From sequence record MH550421: a DNA stretch of 64,000 nt; one strand, given 5' to 3'. Below the pieces are notes generated by a model. That model searched no databases, had not been told where the DNA came from, and saw only the letters and a program-made list of their open reading frames with translations. Shown here in pieces: positions 27,605-37,353 of the stretch (positions within the stretch are counted from its first letter, which is position 1; every line of letters starts with the position of its first letter). Both the position numbers and the translations under genes were made by a program. The stretch is from Enterobacteria phage T6.

Positions 27605-27948
27605 CTAGTACTCAATCCTCGATTATAAGAATCTACCAAACGGTCAACCATTGAATGACAAGCGGCTTTATCTTTCTCCTCCGCAACTGAGCATTCTAAG
27701 GTATTCCACTTTTTAGCATATCGTTTTAACAATGTATCGTTTTTGTATCTGCTTGATTTATCTCTTTCTCCGTCTTTATATGCATATATTAATTTCTGTG
27801 CAAATTCAGCTTGGCATGCTTTATTTTTCCCACAATAATCTGCCGCAGTGCGGTTTACATATTCTCTAATTTCAGTATATGATGTATCTGCTGACGCAGA
27901 AGCAGAAAATGAAATTAATCCTATACATAAAACCAAAATTTTAGTCAT
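27601..27948 (-). CDS. Hypothetical secreted protein
   Basis: 115 aa with signal peptide MTKILVLCIGLISFSASASA; 4 Cys. Confidence 0.55.
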   Translation of the reverse strand: MTKILVLCIGLISFSASASADTSYTEIREYVNRTAADYCGKNKACQAEFAQKLIYAYKDGERDKSSRYKNDTLLKRYAKKWNTLECSVAEEKDKAACHSMVDRLVDSYNRGLSTR

Positions 27949-28486
27949 TTACTATTTCCAAAAGTTTATTATTTTTAAGGTAATTAGCCTTTTCTAGGAC
28001 TTCAGAAGCATATTTAGAACCAGCTTTAACATTCCATCCCGAATTATAAGAGGATATTGCTTTTCTTATATCGCCCTTATGTATATTTAACCAATAAGAA
28101 AGTTCAATGTACGCCCAGGAAGCTGAATTGGATCGTTTATTCAACATTCTTTTTATTTCAGCATCGGTCATATTATAACCAAGTTCCTTAACTCTCGCTC
28201 GCATAGTAGGCAAATAATTTTGGAACATTCCGTAGGCGTGATGCTTTGGTTTAGATTTTAAATTAACTCCGCCAGAGCTTTCTTGCCATATAATGGCTGC
28301 CATTATATGGCCTAATCCGCTCTTGTGGATGTTTTTGTGTGTTTTATATTTTCCATCCTTAGAAAATTGTTCCCCGAATTGATACGCGTAACGCATGTTA
28401 TCGAGTTGGACATTACTGAAAGTATGCTCGGAGCTATGTGCCATCATTGAAATGGCCAATAGACCAGCGAGTAGTGCTTTTCTCAT
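27941..28486 (-). CDS. Secreted lytic-transglycosylase-like (SLT domain) protein
   Basis: 181 aa; signal peptide MRKALLAGLLAISMMAHS; SLT-like motifs IIWQESSGG, YGMFQ, SYNSG. Confidence 0.6.
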   Translation of the reverse strand: MRKALLAGLLAISMMAHSSEHTFSNVQLDNMRYAYQFGEQFSKDGKYKTHKNIHKSGLGHIMAAIIWQESSGGVNLKSKPKHHAYGMFQNYLPTMRARVKELGYNMTDAEIKRMLNKRSNSASWAYIELSYWLNIHKGDIRKAISSYNSGWNVKAGSKYASEVLEKANYLKNNKLLEIVND

Positions 28487-28493
28487 GCTTACC

Positions 28494-28955
28494 TCATTGA
28501 GTTTTAATTACTGCTTTAGAAGCCTTTCCTGGTAAACGACGACTGTTGATAATTGCCATCCTACATTGAAGTGACGGGTCTTTGAACTTCTCATTAGGTT
28601 TACAAACTGTAAATCCAAGCCAAAGATTTCCATCTGTGATTTCTAAACGTCCAGGACGATATTCAACCCCATCAATAAAATCCTCGTCAATGTCAGGACG
28701 CGGTGGCATACTCAGGAATTCATTAACTTCTAAAACATGGTCTTTTATTTTATGGAATAATTCAAAAACGTATGTCTCATCAATCTCCCGTTGAATTGCA
28801 CGATCAAGAAGATGCTGAGAATATTTTAGATGAAACGATGAGACTCCTGCTGCTTTTGATGCCTCACGAATCTCATTGTTAATTTGACGAAACTCCGACT
28901 CAAAGTGGCGACGAAGCTTATTTCGACGGATAAAAACTTCTGTATTGATAGTCAT
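28494..28955 (-). CDS. regB: Endoribonuclease RegB
   Basis: 153 aa; MTINTEVFIRRNKLRRHFESEF... matches T4 RegB from memory. Confidence 0.8.
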   Translation of the reverse strand: MTINTEVFIRRNKLRRHFESEFRQINNEIREASKAAGVSSFHLKYSQHLLDRAIQREIDETYVFELFHKIKDHVLEVNEFLSMPPRPDIDEDFIDGVEYRPGRLEITDGNLWLGFTVCKPNEKFKDPSLQCRMAIINSRRLPGKASKAVIKTQ

Positions 28956-28982
28956 GTTGTTCTCCTCTTAACTGATAGAAAA

Positions 28983-29012
28983 ATTATACCACAGTCAAGA
29001 GGAAAAGTAAAC
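28983..29012 (-). promoter_or_regulatory. T4-type early promoter (upstream of regB)
   Basis: Minus strand GTTTACT - 17 nt - TATAAT in the e/regB intergenic region. Confidence 0.65.
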
Positions 29013-29016
29013 AACT

Positions 29017-29985
<969 letters not shown>

Positions 29986-30004
<19 letters not shown>

Positions 30005-30474
30005 TCAGTGATAAAGTTATTTAAATTTTGAGCATATTTCTTTTCATCAAAAATCTTTTGCTGTCTGCGTAACCGCCATGGCATTTCAATGAACATGCGC
30101 CATATTTCTGATAATACTGCTGCTGTAAAAATATTAACAAGTATGGTTAAAAGAACCCAATCTCCTATTCTGTCCATTGGATTTTTAATAAAAAAGTAAA
30201 ATACGAACGATGATATAGGAAGACTAATGATATACCACAGAATAAGCTTCTTATCTGTGAACCAATCAGCATTCGTTAACTTAGCGCGACCATTTTGAAT
30301 ACACACGAATTTATCATCTGTTACAGTAAATGGCTTAGCTGCTTGATATCCCATTCTAAACTCCCTAATTAATCGTTTCTTTGTATCTTCGGAACAACCA
30401 TTCCAGTCAACTCTATCAACTGAAATGCCATCATCCCCATCATCTAAATCATACCAACGAGTTTTTAAAATCAT
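29986..30474 (-). CDS. Hypothetical membrane protein (tandem family, C-terminal F-I-x-E-C-R-K motif)
   Basis: 162 aa; 2 TM segments; ends ...NNFITECRKLK. Confidence 0.5.
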
Positions 30475-30833
30475 TTAATTTTCCTACAATCGCTCACAAA
30501 CTCTTTCATTGATTCATTTTCAATATAAGACATGTAGCTATTATATTCTTTTAATTGTATTTTGTAATCCTTTTTTCTTTGCCAATTTATTTTAAAATTA
30601 TCATAATGAAAATATAACATAGTACCAAAGAATGAAAACAATGAAATAATTTTAGTATAACGAAGTTCACTCCAAACCTCTGTTATATCTACTGTACCAC
30701 TGATTTTTAAAATAAAACAGTCAATTAATAGTCCAATAAGACTACCTATAAGAGCTGCAGCCAACGCCACGGACACAATTAAAAATGACTCAGAAAACGA
30801 ATATTTGACTTTATTTAGTTTTGGCTTTTGCAT
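30471..30833 (-). CDS. Hypothetical membrane protein (tandem family)
   Basis: 120 aa; ends ...KEFVSDCRKIK. Confidence 0.5.
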   Translation of the reverse strand: MQKPKLNKVKYSFSESFLIVSVALAAALIGSLIGLLIDCFILKISGTVDITEVWSELRYTKIISLFSFFGTMLYFHYDNFKINWQRKKDYKIQLKEYNSYMSYIENESMKEFVSDCRKIK

Positions 30834-31228
30834 CGTGATTCCTTAACAAATTTCATAATTTCATTAAATTCATACATATCTAGTTTAAGCTGGTATTCCT
30901 TTTTAATCTTTTTGCACTGGGCTTTCCAATCACGTACGCGTTTACGATAATGTCTTCCTTGATACCAGTATCCTACCCAATTTACAGGTACTAATAAAAG
31001 CGGAACTACCAATGGAAGAATTAGTGTTGCTCCAAATATTACACCAGATTCAATATCAGTCATAACGTCTATAACCATTCCAGCAATCAGCAGAATCACA
31101 AATGATACAGCTACCACAGGACCTATTAACACATCAGTAGAAATTATCTGACGCTTTAATTCATACTTCAACGGTTTACTTGGAAGGTATAGTGATGGTT
31201 TTGACATATTCTCTACATTCCTTAACAA
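30815..31228 (-). CDS. Hypothetical membrane protein (tandem family)
   Basis: 137 aa; ends ...MKFVKESRCKSQN. Confidence 0.5.
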   Translation of the reverse strand: MLRNVENMSKPSLYLPSKPLKYELKRQIISTDVLIGPVVAVSFVILLIAGMVIDVMTDIESGVIFGATLILPLVVPLLLVPVNWVGYWYQGRHYRKRVRDWKAQCKKIKKEYQLKLDMYEFNEIMKFVKESRCKSQN

Positions 31229-31784
31229 ATTTTTCTAATAATAAATCGCTTTCAAAATTGGGATTTTCTACGAATTTATCAAAAAGATCATCAACAATAG
31301 TTAAGATATTCTTTTTACTAAGAATACGTTTATTTTCATGCTTCGTTTCAGAATCAACTATAAGAGTAAAGAAATATTTCTTGCCCTGAAATTTTACCGT
31401 AGTATCAATATAAAATAAATTTGACTTTTGTAAATTACGTTTAAACCATGCGTCACTTAAACTATAAACGCCGAGATAATCATAATCGTCGTTTAAATAA
31501 CAAACTGTCCATTCAGGAGAAATGAAATCAGTAAATTCAACATCAAAATCGCATGTCAATGAATGAATTGATTCAATACTGTTAATAAGTATTCCAGGAC
31601 GTATTAAAGACTTTTTACCTCTAGAAAATCTTCCAGAAAGACTTTCATCAGTTTCATATGAAGAACCCCAATAATAATTACGTCCTTCTGCCATACGTTT
31701 AAGAGCATTTAATAATTGGTCTGGAACATCAACTTGTCTTTGGAATTCTTCAAACATTGAATTAAAATCACTTTGCATTTTCAT
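31176..31784 (-). CDS. Hypothetical protein (tandem family, soluble)
   Basis: 202 aa; ends ...EKFVKECREYVK... Confidence 0.5.
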   Translation of the reverse strand: MKMQSDFNSMFEEFQRQVDVPDQLLNALKRMAEGRNYYWGSSYETDESLSGRFSRGKKSLIRPGILINSIESIHSLTCDFDVEFTDFISPEWTVCYLNDDYDYLGVYSLSDAWFKRNLQKSNLFYIDTTVKFQGKKYFFTLIVDSETKHENKRILSKKNILTIVDDLFDKFVENPNFESDLLLEKFVKECREYVKTITIPSK

Positions 31785-31804
31785 TCCTATTTACTCCAAG
31801 TAAT

Positions 31805-31820
31805 AGGGGCCGAAGCCCCT
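31805..31820 (-). promoter_or_regulatory. Intercistronic RNA stem-loop (AGGGGC-UUCG-GCCCCU), no U tract
   Basis: Perfect 6-bp GC stem with tetraloop between two ORFs; likely transcript-stabilising hairpin or weak terminator. Confidence 0.45.
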
Positions 31821-31825
31821 TATCA

Positions 31826-32419
31826 TTATTTCAGAGAATTAATGTATTCCTGAACATCAGCAGAAGTAGTTTCAACCCCAGAAATATTACCATTAAAGGT
31901 TTCAACTCGAGCAAGAGTATCTTCAATATCAACCTTAGTCAGTGCTGCAATTTCAACTACATCATCAGCAGTACTAATTCCAAGGGCATTTGCTGCACGA
32001 GTTTCACGGATATATTCCAATTTAACTGCAAGTTCTTGGCGAGCATCATCTAACTCAACTACTTTCTTGGCGATTTCAATTCGCATTTCAGCATAACCAT
32101 CAGCTTTAGTAGTCAGCTGTTCAGCTGTTCGACGATATAGCAAACCTAGTTTAGCATGCATTGTTACATCTTGACCTTCGGAAAGAAGCTTGCGAATTTC
32201 ACGCTCTTTTGATTCGGCCTGCTTATTCTTTTCGACAATAAGTTCACGAATACGCTTTTCTTCATTAATAGATTTAACAGAAGCAGTTTTTAGATCTTTA
32301 ATCTTATCAAGTAGTTTTGCTGCCGCAGCAGTATACTGTTCTTCAACAGATAGATTTTTAGCCATAGCAGAACCAAGTTTAGTGCGAATAAACTCAACAA
32401 TTTTCTTCAGTGTGTTCAT
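31826..32419 (-). CDS. Hypothetical coiled-coil protein (PspA/IM30-like architecture, speculative)
   Basis: 197 aa, almost entirely heptad-rich helical sequence. Confidence 0.5.
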
Positions 32420-32475
32420 AGTATTTCCTTAGGTTGGTATAATTAGATAATATCACGTTTTAATAGATTGTAAAC

Positions 32476-32811
32476 TTATTCTTCGTCTAGCTCATCGATA
32501 AAGACGTCAATGGCCTCGATAACGGCATCATTGATAGCCAATAAAATAAAATCATCGTCAGTGCCTTTAGAAGATTCTAAAGCATTGATATATGCTTGGT
32601 TAGCAAGTTCCCAAGCCTTTTTAAAATAAGGAGCTTCATCATCAGGGCCAACGAAACGTACACCTTCAAAGATACGGTTAGCATAATCCAATACCCATTG
32701 TACAGGCATGTTTTGAGAACGTTCGTTAAACTCTTTAAATTCCTTAGATTCAAAAAGCTCTTCAGGATAATAATTTCGATTACAAAAAGCTTTACTAAAG
32801 TTACGTTTCAT
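32476..32811 (-). CDS. Hypothetical acidic protein
   Basis: 111 aa ORF. Confidence 0.5.
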   Translation of the reverse strand: MKRNFSKAFCNRNYYPEELFESKEFKEFNERSQNMPVQWVLDYANRIFEGVRFVGPDDEAPYFKKAWELANQAYINALESSKGTDDDFILLAINDAVIEAIDVFIDELDEE

Positions 32812-32866
32812 AATGTTCTCCTCAAATTATGGGCTCATAATATCTCAATCATGAGCCTATGTAAAC

Positions 32867-33142
32867 TTATTTCATATTATTGAAATATTCTTCTGCGATT
32901 TCGTCGTTATCATGGTAAACTTTAGAAGACAGTTTAACATAACTTTCAGCAGTGAACATGTTAATCACAACCTTTACAGTATACCACTGACCGTCTTCAT
33001 TGCCCATTACTGCATAAGTTTCAAACATCGGATGGTCAGGACCGATAACTTTAATATCATTCACGGTACGACCAAAATCTTCTGAAACACATTTCATAAA
33101 GAAGTTGAACAGTTCACCATAATTATCCATTTTATTCTCCAA
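32867..33142 (-). CDS. Hypothetical protein
   Basis: 91 aa ORF directly downstream of the promoter at 33173-33202. Confidence 0.5.
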   Translation of the reverse strand: MENKMDNYGELFNFFMKCVSEDFGRTVNDIKVIGPDHPMFETYAVMGNEDGQWYTVKVVINMFTAESYVKLSSKVYHDNDEIAEEYFNNMK

Positions 33143-33172
33143 GTTGTTTTCTGTATCAGTAGTTGATAGTTG

Positions 33173-33202
33173 TATAGTACCATGGAAGAACAGGGATGTA
33201 AA
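33173..33202 (-). promoter_or_regulatory. T4-type early promoter
   Basis: Minus strand aaaaaattttttcacaaaactGTTTACA - 17 nt - TACTAT. Confidence 0.6.
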
Positions 33203-33330
33203 CAGTTTTGTGAAAAAATTTTTAAAAAGTTTTGGGGAATTCTAGGGCGGGGAGGAGCAATTAAAAGATAGGATAATATATTATAAAGGGTATAAACTAA
33301 ATGATGCCTAGAGAGGTTTGGAAAGGCCTA

Positions 33331-33363
33331 GATACCAAAAAGCCCCAACCTTTCGGTCGGGGC
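33331..33363 (-). terminator. Strong intrinsic terminator ending the tRNA/stable-RNA transcription unit
   Basis: Minus transcript GCCCCGACC-GAAA-GGUUGGGGC (9-bp stem, GNRA loop) followed by UUUUUGG. Confidence 0.7.
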
Positions 33364-33680
33364 TAAGCCTTGCGGCAACCTTGTCGGGGTTCCACCTGCT
33401 AAGGCAAGTGTTTGTACGAAACGCCGGGACTTGAACCCGGTTATTAAGTAGTTGACGCTACTCAATATTTTTAAAAGGCCATATCTCGACCATATCCGAA
33501 CGTTCCGTCAAAAACGCTACTCGGCTTATGGCAAAGATATTTCCTCGAATCGATAATTCGGCGCGCCGTTTCTGCTGTGATGTAAGGGGATATTAACAAA
33601 ACATAAAGATTTATTAATGCCAGTCCTTACTCAGGGAACATCAGTCCGACGACTTACCGGTAGCGACCCGGTTTCTCATT
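33364..33680 (-). ncRNA. Structured non-coding region downstream of tRNA-Arg; candidate small stable RNAs (T4 species 1/2, RNA C/D-like)
   Basis: About 320 nt, GC-richer than flanks, no ORF, contains tRNA-like T-arm CCGGGTTCAAGTCCCGG; equivalent position to the T4 stable RNAs by memory. Confidence 0.45.
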
Positions 33681-33755
33681 TGGTATCCCGCCCTGGGATC
33701 GAACCAGGACCGCAAACTTAGAAGGATCGTATGCTATCCATTACACCAGCGGGAC
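33681..33755 (-). tRNA. tRNA-Arg (anticodon UCU)
   Basis: 75 nt incl. CCA; GTCCCGCTGGTGTAATGGATAGCATACGATCCTTCTAAGTTTGCGGTCCTGGTTCGATCCCAGGGCGGGATACCA folds as a cloverleaf. Confidence 0.85.
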
Positions 33756-33760
33756 ATAAT

Positions 33761-34426
33761 TTAAAATTTCATTTTTCGACCTTTAAACCATCCTTCTGGA
33801 ATTGGATCAGTTTTCTTAATACGTTTAGAAACTTTTTCATCTAATGAATGAATCCACATCATACCAAATTGGGAATTCTTTTCACCTTTCTGGTGATTAT
33901 TTTTAGCGTGAATTTCTTTCATTTTATTAATAGTTTCAAGAGTATGATGCTTATTTAAAAATCTGCTATTATTTAAAAATTTTTCCTTGTATTCAGGAGT
34001 TGACCATAAACGTTTAAATACATTTGAACCATTTTGACGATATTTTTCTTGAAGTAAAATATCATTTTTAAAACGTGACTTAAACGATTTAGCTCCTTTT
34101 AAACTAGCGTCTTTCTTCTGATTTAGCATCTCAGGAATATTTATATGATCCCATCCACCTTCACCGCCAAGTTTTAAATTATACACATCTGGTCTATTTA
34201 AAAACTCTTCTGTGACAATATTTTTCTCGGCTTCAAGCATAGATTCTTTATCATCAAAATATTCTAATATTTCTTTAGAAAAATTTTCTATACCATACCT
34301 GTCTTGGGCTCTTTTTAATAATTTACCAGAACCCATATATCCATCATCTAAATTTTCGGTAGAATGCACACCAATATAAATTTTATTATTAATTTTATTT
34401 GTTATTTTATAAAGATAAAAATGCAT
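33761..34426 (-). CDS. segB: GIY-YIG homing endonuclease SegB (inside the tRNA cluster)
   Basis: 222 aa from Met MHFYLYKITNKINNKIYIGVHS; the longer track ORF start overlaps the adjacent tRNA; location matches T4 segB. Confidence 0.75.
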   Translation of the reverse strand: MHFYLYKITNKINNKIYIGVHSTENLDDGYMGSGKLLKRAQDRYGIENFSKEILEYFDDKESMLEAEKNIVTEEFLNRPDVYNLKLGGEGGWDHINIPEMLNQKKDASLKGAKSFKSRFKNDILLQEKYRQNGSNVFKRLWSTPEYKEKFLNNSRFLNKHHTLETINKMKEIHAKNNHQKGEKNSQFGMMWIHSLDEKVSKRIKKTDPIPEGWFKGRKMKF

Positions 34427-34472
34427 ATCAGTCCTTAATAAAGAACTGAGCGTCTCACGACGAGTCATAAAT

Positions 34473-34559
34473 TGGTGGGGAGTGGTGGAGTCGAACCACC
34501 CGAGTCGCAATGACAATGAATTTACAGTCCACACCGCTACCTCTACGGGATAACTCCCC
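34473..34559 (-). tRNA. Type II tRNA with anticodon GUA (tRNA-Tyr-like)
   Basis: 87 nt incl. CCA; acceptor GGGGAGT/ACTCCCC, anticodon loop CTGTAAA, long variable arm, T-arm GGTGG-TTCGACT-CCACC; hand fold. Confidence 0.55.
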
Positions 34560-34568
34560 TAATTAATT

Positions 34569-34645
34569 TGGTGACCCAGACCAGATTTGAACTGGTAACC
34601 TTTCCCTTATGAGGGGACTGCTGCTAACCATTGAGCTACAGGGCC
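34569..34645 (-). tRNA. tRNA with anticodon CAU (Ile via lysidine, or Met)
   Basis: 77 nt incl. CCA; anticodon loop CTCATAA; one T-T mismatch in the acceptor stem. Confidence 0.6.
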
Positions 34646-34646
34646 T

Positions 34647-34722
34647 TGGTGCTGATTGACGGAATCGAACCGCCGACATCCTCATTACAAGTGAGGTGCT
34701 CTACCTACTGAGCTACACGGAG
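34647..34722 (-). tRNA. tRNA-Thr(UGU)-like element with non-complementary acceptor stem (possible pseudogene)
   Basis: 76 nt; D-arm, anticodon arm (CTTGTAA), T-arm and 3' AATCAGC-A-CCA are canonical, but 5' positions 1-7 (CTCCGTG) cannot pair with the 3' strand. Confidence 0.4.
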
Positions 34723-34732
34723 TAGATTAAAT

Positions 34733-34806
<74 letters not shown>

Positions 34807-34811
34807 AAATT

Positions 34812-34898
34812 TGGTGCGAGAAGTGGGACTCGAACCCACAAGGAAATCATTCCGCAGCATTTTAAGTGCTGTGCCTTTACCAATTTGACCATTCTCGC
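34812..34898 (-). tRNA. tRNA-Leu (anticodon UAA), type II
   Basis: 87 nt; GCGAGAATGGTCAAATTGGTAAAGGCACAGCACTTAAAATGCTGCGGAATGATTTCCTTGTGGGTTCGAGTCCCACTTCTCGCACCA. Confidence 0.85.
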
Positions 34899-34899
34899 G

Positions 34900-34972
34900 C
34901 TGGGAATAAAGGACTCGAACCTTTGCATCTAGCAGTCAAAGTGCTATGCCTTACCAACTTGGCTAATTCCCA
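34900..34972 (-). tRNA. tRNA-Gln (anticodon UUG), CCA not encoded
   Basis: 73 nt; acceptor TGGGAAT/ATTCCCA (U1-A72), anticodon loop CTTTGAC; abuts tRNA-Leu with a 1-nt spacer. Confidence 0.8.
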
Positions 34973-35069
34973 ATTATTAACAAAGGCTCTCTAACAAGAA
35001 CCCTTGATGATAGAGGGTATTAATCAGTGCGGTATGAGTTAATAATAACAAATAATTCTTAAAGCATAT

Positions 35070-35357
35070 TTACCATTTATGATGATATGTATTTACGATA
35101 CATTCAAGACCCAAAGGATTCTTGAAAATATCATATTCAAGAGGACCTTTTTCTGTTTCAATAAAGAAATCAAAATTTACTGTATTAAATTTACGGTCTT
35201 CCTTCACTAATTTAACCTGAGAAGATGAACGGTCAATGTAAACCTTTTCAACTTCAAAACATGTTAAAATGCCATAATCATCAATCAAGGCTTTAGCTGC
35301 TTCTTGATCATATTTATATCCATTTTCAATGGATGATACTTTTGCATAAAGAATCAT
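35070..35357 (-). CDS. Hypothetical protein
   Basis: 95 aa ORF. Confidence 0.5.
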   Translation of the reverse strand: MILYAKVSSIENGYKYDQEAAKALIDDYGILTCFEVEKVYIDRSSSQVKLVKEDRKFNTVNFDFFIETEKGPLEYDIFKNPLGLECIVNTYHHKW

Positions 35358-35359
35358 TA

Positions 35360-35770
35360 TCAGCCTCTATCAACGATAGTATGAGTATGGGCATTTACGA
35401 TTTGCCACCAGTCAAAGCGATTGGAACCATAATCTGGTTTATTTTCATTTTCTTTAATGATATCACGCAGTTTATCTTCTGTTTCAGCATACGCAATTAA
35501 ATCATCATATCCACCACAAGGGTAATAATTATCACCTGCGAATAAAAGAAAATTTACCTTAGATGGATTTACGTAATAATGGTCTTTAGGATATTTAGTT
35601 CCTCTCCAATCAGTTACTTCAACATAACGGTAAGAAAATCCATTTTTACTTTCAATCCAACTCCACGCTTCAAAAGGAGTATTAAAAACTTTATCAGGTA
35701 TTAAATTACCTTCAAAATGAGAAGGATTTGCATAATCCCCAGCATAAACATAGTATTCGTTAATACTCAT
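35360..35770 (-). CDS. Hypothetical protein
   Basis: 136 aa from Met MSINEYYVYAGDY; Tyr/Trp-rich. Confidence 0.5.
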   Translation of the reverse strand: MSINEYYVYAGDYANPSHFEGNLIPDKVFNTPFEAWSWIESKNGFSYRYVEVTDWRGTKYPKDHYYVNPSKVNFLLFAGDNYYPCGGYDDLIAYAETEDKLRDIIKENENKPDYGSNRFDWWQIVNAHTHTIVDRG

Positions 35771-35771
35771 T

Positions 35772-35957
35772 CTATTCACCTTTAGAAATTTTATCCATAA
35801 CAATAGCGATTAAACCAATTAAAAATGCTACTACAAGTGAAAACACATTTTCTGCTGTAGTCAATAATCCGCATATAAATCCAACAAACATTGAAAAACT
35901 AAAAGCGGAAGCAGAAATTGCAATAGCAACATTTCGAATTAATTCACAACGTTTCAT
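35772..35957 (-). CDS. Hypothetical small membrane protein
   Basis: 61 aa, two hydrophobic segments; promoter immediately upstream. Confidence 0.5.
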   Translation of the reverse strand: MKRCELIRNVAIAISASAFSFSMFVGFICGLLTTAENVFSLVVAFLIGLIAIVMDKISKGE

Positions 35958-35985
35958 TTTATTCTCCTCAGTAGTTGATAGGGTA

Positions 35986-36015
35986 ATAATATCACTACCC
36001 TATCTAAAAGTAAAC
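35986..36015 (-). promoter_or_regulatory. T4-type early promoter overlapping a 9-bp inverted repeat
   Basis: Minus strand GTTTACT - 17 nt - TATTAT; inverted repeat gatagggta / taccctatc (35977-35985 and 35996-36004) spans the -10. Confidence 0.6.
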
Positions 36016-36249
36016 TTATTTTTTACGAAAAATTGATTTATTTTCTGCTGCCCATTTTTCAATAATTGCAGCAGGACCAGTAACAACAATTTTATCACCG
36101 TAATCTTCTGCGGCGAGTTGACCGAAATTATCTAATGCATCACGAAGAACTCCATGAGGCATTTCACCCATTTTATCTTTCTTGCCAGTGTAAATAAACT
36201 CAACTTTTACATCAGCAGTTTCAGCAATAAATTCTTGGTAAGTTTTCAT
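36016..36249 (-). CDS. Internal-protein-like capsid-targeted protein (ip locus)
   Basis: 77 aa from Met; N-terminus MKTYQEFIAE matches the T4 capsid-targeting sequence of internal proteins. Confidence 0.65.
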   Translation of the reverse strand: MKTYQEFIAETADVKVEFIYTGKKDKMGEMPHGVLRDALDNFGQLAAEDYGDKIVVTGPAAIIEKWAAENKSIFRKK

Positions 36250-36283
36250 TTTGATTTCCATTTGGTTTTGTTTTGATAGGGTA

Positions 36284-36313
36284 ATAGTATCACAACTAAA
36301 ACCCTATGTAAAC
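36284..36313 (-). promoter_or_regulatory. T4-type early promoter overlapping an inverted repeat
   Basis: Minus strand GTTTACA - 17 nt - TACTAT; inverted repeat atagggt / accctat flanks the -10. Confidence 0.6.
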
Positions 36314-36325
36314 AACTTTGTGAAA

Positions 36326-36583
36326 TTATTTTAAATCTTCTAATCGTTTCTTCATCTTAGAACCATTTTTAGCAATTTCTCCTGCATCGGAGCATAATGC
36401 TAAAAGTGCTTTAACTTTAGTTTGGTCTCCTTTAAAAGATGAAGGATCGACCGCAGCAGCAAGTTCTTTAATACGAGAGAAAAGACGCTCAGCTTCAGCT
36501 AAAGCCATTCCAAGCTTTACTTCCATACCGTGGGAAGATTCAGTGATAGTAGTTTTTGTAGCAAACTCTTTGAAAGTTTTCAT
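36326..36583 (-). CDS. Internal-protein-like capsid-targeted protein, second ip-locus gene
   Basis: 85 aa; N-terminus MKTFKEFATKTTITE resembles a capsid-targeting sequence with an I-x-E processing site. Confidence 0.55.
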   Translation of the reverse strand: MKTFKEFATKTTITESSHGMEVKLGMALAEAERLFSRIKELAAAVDPSSFKGDQTKVKALLALCSDAGEIAKNGSKMKKRLEDLK

Positions 36584-36613
36584 TTTATTTTCCTAATTAA
36601 TTTTGATGAGATA

Positions 36614-36643
36614 ATAGTATCACTACCTCATCAGCATGTAAAC
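36614..36643 (-). promoter_or_regulatory. T4-type early promoter overlapping an inverted repeat
   Basis: Minus strand GTTTACA - 17 nt - TACTAT; inverted repeat tgatgag / ctcatca flanks the -10. Confidence 0.6.
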
Positions 36644-36655
36644 AACTTTGTGAAA

Positions 36656-37352
<697 letters not shown>

Positions 37353-37353
<1 letters not shown>

